Assembly: GCA_903911245.1 (NCBI GenBank)
Contig: CAIWCR010000028.1
Coordinates: 1 to 57,758 of the forward strand
Origin: an uncultured Parcubacteria group bacterium
GTDB taxonomy: Bacteria > Patescibacteriota > Minisyncoccia > UBA6257 > 2-01-FULL-56-20
Direction: 5' to 3'
Length of the DNA stretch: 57,758 bases
A program made the position numbers and the translations under genes. A model generated the notes under the pieces. That model made no database searches and had not been told where the DNA came from. It was given only the letters and a program-made list of their open reading frames with translations. Positions 48,273-55,218 of the stretch are shown one piece after another. Within the stretch, counting starts at the first letter, position 1. Every line of letters starts with the position of its first letter.

Positions 48273-48803
48273 TTATATGTGGTTTTCGTTCGTTTTCTCT
48301 CGGAGTATCTTTTGTGCCATAGCCATTGGGTCTTTACTAAAAACTATATCCCAGCGGTTTTTTAACTTTTTCAATTCTGGCAGTTCCTTCTCGAGCCAAA
48401 AAACTCTTTTGCCTTTTTCTATCGTCTGTTTGGACTTCTTTGATCGTTTAAGAAATTTCTTATACTCATTCTCCACTTTCTGATTCAATAGGTTTTTAGG
48501 AATTATGTAATATTCAATATGCTGATTTTCAGGAATGGAATGGACGGCTACAAATATATAAAATGACCTACCCCATTCTTTCTTTACTTGGAGAGGCCTG
48601 CTGCCCATCTGCCAACTATTCTCAGTTAATTCAACGGTTCTTGTTTTAACTTGTATATCAACGGAGTCATATTCATTGCTTGCAACGATATCCACTCCTG
48701 CGGTGTTTCTCAGGGTAACAGCAGCAATGAAGCCTCGCCGTGAAAGCTCCCCTGCTACAAAATATTCCCCTGCTATTCCTGAAAAAATTTGTTTCGTTTT
48801 CAT
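48273..48803 (-). CDS. PD-(D/E)XK nuclease-fold protein (DUF4365-like N-terminal domain)
   Basis: GIAGEYFVAGELSRRGFIAAVTLRNTAGVDIVASNEYDSVDIQVKT has the G.GE...L...G / D-I-V / QVK pattern. The start is set at ATG 48803. Confidence 0.5.
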   Translation of the reverse strand: MKTKQIFSGIAGEYFVAGELSRRGFIAAVTLRNTAGVDIVASNEYDSVDIQVKTRTVELTENSWQMGSRPLQVKKEWGRSFYIFVAVHSIPENQHIEYYIIPKNLLNQKVENEYKKFLKRSKKSKQTIEKGKRVFWLEKELPELKKLKNRWDIVFSKDPMAMAQKILREKTNENHI

Positions 48804-49111
48804 TGGATACAAAAAACCCATCACGTGAGCGATGACTCCGAAGAGTCACCCATAGCCCTTTCGAGCTATGACCTGTTGAAGATGCTCCCACATGATGGGG
48901 TCTTTTTCTTCAACAGGATTTTTGCCATGCCAAACGGTTGTTTGGTTTAGGCAATGCTATTCAGTTGTAATTTTAGAATATCACGATTATAGAAAATTCG
49001 GAATGCTCCGTCCAAGGCTTTTGAAAAAAACAAAAAGCAAACAAAATACAAATATTTGACTCATGAAAACGATTATTTTTTTATATCGATTTTTTCCACA
49101 AGCTCTTTCTC

Positions 49112-49139
49112 TTGACTAGCGAATCTAGTGCGATATACT
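49112..49139 (+). promoter_or_regulatory. Sigma-70-like promoter inside the element's 0.9-kb non-coding region
   Basis: TTGACT (49112..49117), 16-nt spacer, TATACT (49134..49139). Confidence 0.5.
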
Positions 49140-49288
49140 ACCGAAGTAGGTGGCTCTTGAGAAAAAAGAAAAGAGCAGATCCATTGAAAAGTCCAGACCT
49201 TGGGCGAGGACGTTGCGGGTAGCGAATCATCCGGTGAACTCCTAATATACTTGGAGAGTAGAGCCATGATTGTGAGGATGAGGAGTTA

Positions 49289-49371
49289 GGGCTGCAAACT
49301 AAAAAGCGAGTACATAATCAAATCAACAGGTCGTTGTTTGTGTATTCACTTTTCGGTTTGCGGCCCTTTTT
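49289..49371 (+). terminator. Long imperfect hairpin plus T5 (terminator/attenuator or 3' end of a ~230-nt RNA)
   Basis: GGGCTGCAAAC (49289..49299) pairs with GTTTGCGGCCC (49356..49366). The stem continues inward (AAAAGCGAGTACA / TGTATTCACTTTT). It is followed by TTTTT. The G-U pairs exist only on the plus strand. Confidence 0.5.
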
Positions 49372-49601
49372 GATAAATATCTCCAGAGCACCGCTCTAAA
49401 TTGAAAGAGCAGAGCTCTCAAAAACTTAAAAGCATTATAGCTTCTCGGTTCCCTACCCTTACGGACAAGGAATCGAACAAGCTGTTTTTTGACCTGAACG
49501 AACTCAGTGATTTTTTGGTACGCCTATTTATTAAGCATCAGAAAGGAAGGGGTCCTCCCGAATGAGATGCAAATGGGCTGAAATAAATAAATTTTTAAAT
49601 A

Positions 49602-49754
49602 ATGCAAAAGAAACAAAAAAGACGGGCGAACAAAAAAGCCCGAAAAGAGGTTAAGGATTCTTTAAAGAGTGAGTACGAGATGGTCGGTGAGGTAGTCGAA
49701 CAAGATAAACATATTTTGAATGCGATGAGCATTCTACTAACAGAAAATGAATAA
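49602..49754 (+). CDS. Small basic protein (50 aa), possible accessory/DNA-binding factor
   Basis: The ATG at 49602 gives MQKKQKRRANKKARKEVKDSLKSEYEMVGEVVEQDKHILNAMSILLTENE. Its stop overlaps the start of the next gene by 8 nt. No SD is visible. Confidence 0.3.
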   Translation: MQKKQKRRANKKARKEVKDSLKSEYEMVGEVVEQDKHILNAMSILLTENE

Positions 49755-51018
49755 AATAGAAATATTAAATATATTAAATCGCGACAAGATTCTCCGTGGC
49801 GAATCTGCGGGAGACGTGGCAATCCAATGTCCGTTTTGTAGGGCTGTCACAGCGACAGGAGAAAAATATCTCACGATGATTATCAATTCTGATACTGTTA
49901 GAAGCTACTGCGGAGAGTGTCGCAAATCAGTTAGTTTTGATGAGCTTCTTGAGGTTCTGGAAATAAAAACGAGTCCTACGTTATCGAAATCGGAAGCAGG
50001 GTTGCAATTATCAAAGACGGAGCTGTCCATCGGGACGGAAGAATATGAAAGTAACCGATTCGTGCCGGAGAACCATCGGAACCTTGTCGCATCCGGCATT
50101 ATGGAAATCGAATGGCTTGTCGAGAATATCGTGGCAGTCGAAGGCTATACATTAATTTCCGGTGCCCAGCAGTCAGGGAAAAGTCTAATTGCCCTCCTGC
50201 TTGCGAATACGGTAACCACGGGCAATCCCCTTTTTGGAAAATTTGTAGCAAAAAAGGGAAGGGTTCTTTTTGTCGACGAGGAAAACGGAAGGACGAGGCT
50301 GGCTGCACGTACAAACCTCCTCGGGATTCCGGCTGAATGCGAGATAGAATATCTGATTAATAAGAGCATTATGGTCGACTCCCTGAAAGATCTTACAAGA
50401 CTGGTGGCTCTTTGTCAGAAGAAAAAATATTCTCTTATCATCTTTGACTCGCTGGTTAGATTCTTCAGAGGCAATGAGAATGAGGCTGGTGTCATGTCTG
50501 AAGTGAATCGATGCTTTAATGCTCTTAGGGCTACCGGCGCAGCTATTGTGGCGCTTGCTCATAACAAGAAATCGGGATTTGACGGAGCTTCTGAATTAGG
50601 AAGTATGGTTCGCGGCTCATCGGAGATTGTTGCCGCTCCCGACTGTCATATCGCCCTTAAGAAGATAAAGAATGTCATCGAGGTTCGTCAGCCGAAATTC
50701 CGCGATGGCGATCCATTCCACCCTTTCAAGCTGAATATTATTGGGGATAAGACGTTTATCAAAATTACTTATGATGGACAGTTAGATGAGGAGAAATCAA
50801 AGAAAGAAGAAACGGCAGATGCAGTCGTCAGTCTTTTACAGGAAGGTGAATTGCCGAGAGATGTCATCGTCGAAAAATTGAAGGATATTGCAGGAGAAGG
50901 CGTTATTGGAAAAGTTCTCACCGAACTTCTTAAGACAAAAGCGATACAGCGCCGGAGTGGAGATAATAATAAGCATTTCTATTCGCTGATGGAAGAATCC
51001 GCGGACGAACAGGTGTAG
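49747..51018 (+). CDS. RepA/AAA_25-type RecA-like ATPase with N-terminal zinc ribbon and C-terminal winged-helix-like tail (element replication protein)
   Basis: CPFC...CGEC zinc ribbon, Walker A ISGAQQSGKSLIAL, Walker B-like RVLFVDEENG and LIIFDSLVRF. 423 aa. Confidence 0.65.
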   Translation: MNKIEILNILNRDKILRGESAGDVAIQCPFCRAVTATGEKYLTMIINSDTVRSYCGECRKSVSFDELLEVLEIKTSPTLSKSEAGLQLSKTELSIGTEEYESNRFVPENHRNLVASGIMEIEWLVENIVAVEGYTLISGAQQSGKSLIALLLANTVTTGNPLFGKFVAKKGRVLFVDEENGRTRLAARTNLLGIPAECEIEYLINKSIMVDSLKDLTRLVALCQKKKYSLIIFDSLVRFFRGNENEAGVMSEVNRCFNALRATGAAIVALAHNKKSGFDGASELGSMVRGSSEIVAAPDCHIALKKIKNVIEVRQPKFRDGDPFHPFKLNIIGDKTFIKITYDGQLDEEKSKKEETADAVVSLLQEGELPRDVIVEKLKDIAGEGVIGKVLTELLKTKAIQRRSGDNNKHFYSLMEESADEQV

Positions 51019-51020
51019 TT

Positions 51021-51065
51021 TTTTGGTTCTTCCTTCCTTAGGGAAAGAAAAAACCGAAAAACCAG
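51021..51065 (+). repeat. Hairpin element copy B, related to 41859..41899
   Basis: TTTTTGGTTCTTCCTTCCTTAGGGAAAGAAAAAACCGAAAAAC is 34/43 identical to copy A in the same orientation. It also lies directly after a plus-strand stop codon. Confidence 0.6.
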
Positions 51066-51145
51066 AAATCCCACACAAAATCGGAAATTATTTTGTTTTC
51101 CAAAGAACTAGAGGTTTAATTAGGGCATAAATAAAAATTAAGTCA

Positions 51146-52780
51146 ATGGAGCGTACCGCATTACAAATTGCAAAAGAAGTCATAACGGAGAGCTATATTA
51201 AAAGCTGCTATTATGCGCGCGTCTCCAGTGACGAGCAAAAAGAGAATGAGACCATTGAAAGCCAGAAGAATGAAATAAAGAAAGTTATTGCTGAAAATGG
51301 AGAGAAGTTGGTTCGGGAATATATTGACGATGGCGTCTCTGGGGCGTTATCGCACAGGCCGGCATTGGACCGGCTTCGTGATGATGCGAAGCTCGGAGTA
51401 TTTAATAAGGTTTATATCCTCTCCCCCGATCGTCTCTCTCGAGAATTATTTTTACAACTTGTGGTCGTAAAAGAATTACAGGCCTATCGCATCGAAATTG
51501 TTTTTCTAAGTCAAAAATTTGGAACAAGCTCAAGTGATAAGCTCTTATTTCAGATGCTTGGAGCGGTTTCCGAATTCGAGCGGGCGCAGATTTTGGAACG
51601 TACGAGGAGGGGGCGCAGATATAAGGCAGAGATTCGGCAGGAGTTTGTCGGATATCAGCCACCTTACGGATATAGCTATACAAGGAAAGAAAAAAGTTCC
51701 GATGGTCGGGGAAGTATTGAGATAGACGACAATGAGGCGAAGATCGTCAAGATGATGTTCCAATGGGTAAGCGAAGGAATGTCAGCAAGGAATGTAGTGA
51801 AGCAACTGACAGCGATGAGGGTTCCCACGAGGAGAGGAGGAGCAACATGGCGGAACAGTTCCGTCTTTAGGATTCTAAAGAGGTCTGAATATCTAGGTAC
51901 GTTTTACTACAATCGTGTGGAATGTATAGAGACTGCAAATCATCGCACGGAGGAAAAATATCGTACAAGTTCCAAGACGGGGAGGGCGTTACGACCGAAG
52001 AATGAATGGATAACGATACCTCTCCCCCATCTCCGACTTATCTCCGACAGCCTTTTTTGTTCCGTACAAGAACAGCTCAAAAAGAACATCGCGTTCTGTA
52101 AGCGCAATGCAAAAATGGATTATCTGCTTTCTGGCGCAATGATGAAGTGCCAGAAATGCGGAAGTTCGTATTTCGGAAATACCATGCACAGCAAGCCGTT
52201 TTATTCGGACAGTAATAAGAGGAATAAATTTCCTCTTATAAGAGACTGCGATGCTCCTTCTGTTTCTGCTCCGCGTATTGAGATTCTTGTATGGGACACT
52301 ATCGTTGAGCTTCTCAATAATCCAGATCTTTTCAAAAAATACTTAAAAGAGACAGTCGTTACTAATGCTGAAAAACCACAGGAGCTGACCATCCTGGAGA
52401 ATCAATTAAAAAATCTCCAGACGGAGGAGGACAGAATCATACATGGCTATCAGAAAGGACTTATAACTGATGAAGTAAAGATTAAGAGCATTATCCAGAA
52501 AATCAAAGAGGATAAAAAATTAACCTCCGAAAATATTGCGAGGATTAATGGACGAGCTGGGAAGAAAAAGAAATCTCAATTGCCCAAGAGCTTGAAGGGT
52601 GTTTGTCGGATGGTGCGGAGGCGACTAAAACAACTGGACTTTGAAGGTAGGCGGCAGCTTATCCGAGAATTGGTCAAAGAGATTTTGTTCGACGGAAAGA
52701 AAGTCGTAATACGAGGATATCTCCCCTCTCCTACGGGAAACTTAACAAGGACGGAGTTTGAGATCGGCAAAAAGATTTAA
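51146..52780 (+). CDS. Large serine recombinase (integrase)
   Basis: The resolvase domain has the catalytic Ser context YYARVSSDEQ. A recombinase domain, a zinc ribbon (CQKCGSSYFG) and a coiled-coil region follow. 544 aa. It ends 130 bp from attR. Confidence 0.92.
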   Translation: MERTALQIAKEVITESYIKSCYYARVSSDEQKENETIESQKNEIKKVIAENGEKLVREYIDDGVSGALSHRPALDRLRDDAKLGVFNKVYILSPDRLSRELFLQLVVVKELQAYRIEIVFLSQKFGTSSSDKLLFQMLGAVSEFERAQILERTRRGRRYKAEIRQEFVGYQPPYGYSYTRKEKSSDGRGSIEIDDNEAKIVKMMFQWVSEGMSARNVVKQLTAMRVPTRRGGATWRNSSVFRILKRSEYLGTFYYNRVECIETANHRTEEKYRTSSKTGRALRPKNEWITIPLPHLRLISDSLFCSVQEQLKKNIAFCKRNAKMDYLLSGAMMKCQKCGSSYFGNTMHSKPFYSDSNKRNKFPLIRDCDAPSVSAPRIEILVWDTIVELLNNPDLFKKYLKETVVTNAEKPQELTILENQLKNLQTEEDRIIHGYQKGLITDEVKIKSIIQKIKEDKKLTSENIARINGRAGKKKKSQLPKSLKGVCRMVRRRLKQLDFEGRRQLIRELVKEILFDGKKVVIRGYLPSPTGNLTRTEFEIGKKI

Positions 52781-52889
52781 TTTTTTAAAATTACAAAATT
52801 TTATTCCAGTGCTATTAGTTAGGCATGGCATTATCTGACGAGACAGTGCAAGAAATACACAAGAAATCCAAAAAGCGGAGCAGTTGAAG

Positions 52890-52930
52890 TTAAATAGCGA
52901 CCCCAACATTAGAACGTTATGACCACCGGA
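52890..52930. other. attR junction (element half-site + AG + host half-site)
   Basis: TTAAATAGCGACCCCAACATT-AG-AACGTTATGACCACCGGA, with AG at 52911..52912. Confidence 0.7.
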
Positions 52931-53572
52931 CGCAGCAATAGTAAGCGCGCGTTTTGCATTTTCTTGACCTTTGATTTCAGAAAAGTCCGGCGTTGTATTT
53001 TTCACTATCCCCTCTTCCTCGAATACTTTTGGTATTATATTTTTCTTTTCCTCCAAAAACGCGATGGCATCACCAAGATTTTCCAAAGGAATTATTTTTA
53101 TATTTTTTACGACCGCTGCCTCATTTGCATTTTTTGCCGGAAGAAAAATATATTTAAAATGTAATCCTGCTGCCATTTGTGCAGCGCTCAATGCTCCACT
53201 TATTGGACGAAGTCGTCCATCAAGTGCGAGCTCCCCTAAAAATATTTTATCGCGTGTTTCAAATTCATTTATTTGTTTTGTCGCAAGAAGATATCCGACG
53301 GCAATTGCGAGATCATACTGCGATCCCGCTTTTTTCACATCGGCCGGAGCGAGGTTGATAGTAATTTTTCTATTCTCTCTATTTGGTGGTTTTATGTTGG
53401 AATTTTTAAGTGCAGAATTTACTCGTTCCTTCGCCTCGTTAAGAGCCTTGTCGGCGAGACCAACAATATTAAAAGCATGGAGACCAATATTGAGATCGGC
53501 TTCGACTTCAATGAGTCGAGCATCAATCCCTTCGAGTTCTGCGGAATATACTCGCGCAAGATTTTGTATCAT
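52913..53572 (-). pseudogene. comM: comM/yifB 5' portion (220 native codons); the ORF then runs 56 codons into element DNA (to 52742)
   Basis: MIQNLARVYSAELEGIDARLIEVEADL...DLAIAVGYLLA...LGELALDGRLRPISG (Lon-protease-like ChlI N-domain) ...DFSEIKGQENAKRALTIAASGGHNV, then the non-homologous tail LMLGSLFNFNCS... Confidence 0.9.
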
Positions 53573-53618
53573 GCAATATGTTTATCATGGTCATAATTAA
53601 AAAAAGATAAAAAGAAAA

Positions 53619-53637
53619 CCCACGAGATCGTCGTGGG
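53619..53637. terminator. Hairpin terminator downstream of the dksA-like gene
   Basis: CCCACGA-gatcg-TCGTGGG, with a T-rich tract on the minus strand (GGGTTTTCTTTTT). Confidence 0.55.
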
Positions 53638-53675
53638 CTTTCTTTAGTTTTATAAAAATAACTTTCGGAAAAATA

Positions 53676-54011
53676 TTATTGAGATTCTGTTTTGCAGTTT
53701 TTACAATAACGAGATTCTGGGTCTATGTCAAGTATCGATGATTCTATTTTTTCAGAACACTTCTCGCAGAGACCGTACTTTTCAGAGCGAATTTTTTCGA
53801 GAGCACTATCGATTTCATTAAGTCGATTTTTTAGATCATTGATCACCGCGAGTCGGTTTCCAAAATCTTCAGTCTTATCAGATTCATCAGATTCATCATC
53901 GGGCTCGCTTCCAAAATCGACGGGAGTCTCATTTTGTTTTATTTCCGAAACGCAAAGTAATCGTTCTTTCTCGAGTGCCTCTTTATATTCTTTTATTTTT
54001 TCTTGATTCAT
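53676..54011 (-). CDS. DksA/TraR-family C4 zinc-finger protein
   Basis: Coiled-coil N-terminus and CEKCSEKI...CKNC at the C-terminus. The start is set at ATG 54011. Confidence 0.75.
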   Translation of the reverse strand: MNQEKIKEYKEALEKERLLCVSEIKQNETPVDFGSEPDDESDESDKTEDFGNRLAVINDLKNRLNEIDSALEKIRSEKYGLCEKCSEKIESSILDIDPESRYCKNCKTESQ

Positions 54012-54255
54012 AATACCTGAAAGAATAGTGTTTTTAAAAAAGGAAGTCAATTTTATCCACTTTTCTAAAATGTATTGATATGGCCGAATGGCCGCGCGAT
54101 GAGTATTGGTGAATTCTGAACTCGCAGATATTTCCCATTAGGGTGGCGAATTTTATCATTTTTTAATCATTTTTTAATGAAAATTTAATATATGGATGAA
54201 TATAATAAAATTGTCCTCAGGTTCGACATTATCCGAAAAACGTCAACAAAATGGC

Positions 54256-54350
54256 AGTATAAATTTCCGGAATATTTCCGGAAATAATCCGGAAATTGCC
54301 GGATTATGGATTGCCGGATTATTTTGCCTGATTCGCGTTTGCCGGATTCG
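54256..54350. repeat. CCGG-centred short repeat block
   Basis: (T/A)TCCGGAA units at 54265, 54276 and 54287 (TTCCGGAA, TTCCGGAA, ATCCGGAA), including the 14-bp palindrome TATTTCCGGAAATA (54273..54286). These are followed by four direct repeats TTGCC(G/T)GATT at 54296, 54311, 54324 and 54339. Confidence 0.8.
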
Positions 54351-54397
54351 GCGTTTTAGAGGTCAGAAACGCCGTCATTGCTAGTGATAAACATTTT

Positions 54398-54720
54398 TGT
54401 TTGTCTAAAATGTTTGTCGACAAACATTGTTTGTCGGCAAACATTGTAATTTAGCGAAACAGGCATTTATGCTAAATTATGAGGGTTTTATCTATATTAT
54501 CGACTATTTTGCCTGATGGTATCCCAATGGCATTGTTTGTCGACAAACAATGCCATTGGGGAAGTTGAAATGTTTGTCGGCAAACATTTCAACTTTTGGT
54601 CGTTTTTCGTGTTGGCAATGTTTGTCGGCAAACATTGCCAACACATGAATAGTCAGAAACGCCGTCTTTTCTAGAAAAAACTGACTTTTCTATTTTCAAA
54701 TGTTTGTCGACAAACATTTA
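54398..54720. repeat. Array of six TGTTTGTCGRCAAACA palindromes with variable self-complementary flanks
   Basis: Cores start at 54411, 54428, 54534, 54571, 54619 and 54701, plus a half-site at 54398. The extended palindromes are 20, ~22, 38 (perfect), 34, 36 and 22 bp. Confidence 0.9.
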
Positions 54721-54755
54721 TTATTAGTAATAATCATATTGCCGAGTATATAAAT

Positions 54756-55136
54756 ATGACAAACAAGACGGAGATCGGATTGCGAGGAGAGAATTTGGCG
54801 TGCGAGTTTCTTGTACGGAAAAAATATAAAATTCTAAAAAGAAACTATCGCGAAAAATTTGATGAGATTGATATTATTGCCAGGGCAATAAATGGAACGC
54901 TTGTTTTCTGCGAAGTGAAGACGCTTTCTCAGAAAGTTGATTTTAAGAACGTACTCACGCCGGAAGATAATATGACGAAAGAAAAAATCAAAAAGATAAA
55001 ACGATCATCTGAAATGTTTGTTGGTAAGCATCAAGACTTAATAATTGAAAAAGTCGGTTGGCAAATTGATTGTATTGTAGTCGTGATTAATGAAGAGAAG
55101 GGGAGTCATGAACTCCGTCATTATGAAAATATATAA
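54756..55136 (+). CDS. yraN: YraN-family (UPF0102) PD-(D/E)XK endonuclease-like protein
   Basis: GLRGENLACEFLVRKKYKILKRNYREKFDEIDIIA...LVFCEVKT is the family signature. Confidence 0.85.
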   Translation: MTNKTEIGLRGENLACEFLVRKKYKILKRNYREKFDEIDIIARAINGTLVFCEVKTLSQKVDFKNVLTPEDNMTKEKIKKIKRSSEMFVGKHQDLIIEKVGWQIDCIVVVINEEKGSHELRHYENI

Positions 55137-55218
55137 AACAATCTAATTTATTTTATGTCAAATAATAAATTTTGGCATTTTTTCGATATGTTCGCGTTCA
55201 TGTTCATTTTCGATTACA

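Larger units (their letters stand above)
36276..52912. mobile_element. 16.6-kb integrative element (large-serine-recombinase type) inserted in comM; no capsid, terminase, tail or conjugation genes
   Basis: Bounded by the two comM halves. It has 18-nt terminal inverted repeats (17/18). The LSR gene is 130 bp from the right end. The interior carries an XRE/ImmA regulator pair, replication-type ATPases, and RM and nuclease cargo. Confidence 0.88.

Noticed and set aside
47783-48322. 179-aa plus-strand ORF
   Set aside because: It is antisense to both the small membrane protein gene and the start of the nuclease-like gene. It has no motifs.
36276-52912. Calling the element a prophage or an ICE
   Set aside because: No terminase, portal, capsid or tail genes, and no relaxase, coupling protein or T4SS genes lie inside the element. 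It is described only as an integrative element; it could be a satellite or a mobilisable island.
54196-54384. 62-aa ORF over the CCGG repeats
   Set aside because: The reading frame is generated by the short tandem repeats themselves (…SGNNPEIAGLWIAGLF…). It has no start context.
54398-54720. CRISPR array or integron attC cassette array
   Set aside because: Adjacent palindromes are separated by only 0-3 nt in places, so there are no spacers or cassettes. The repeats differ in length. No cas or intI genes lie nearby. Only two copies show GTTRR/YYAAC-like ends.
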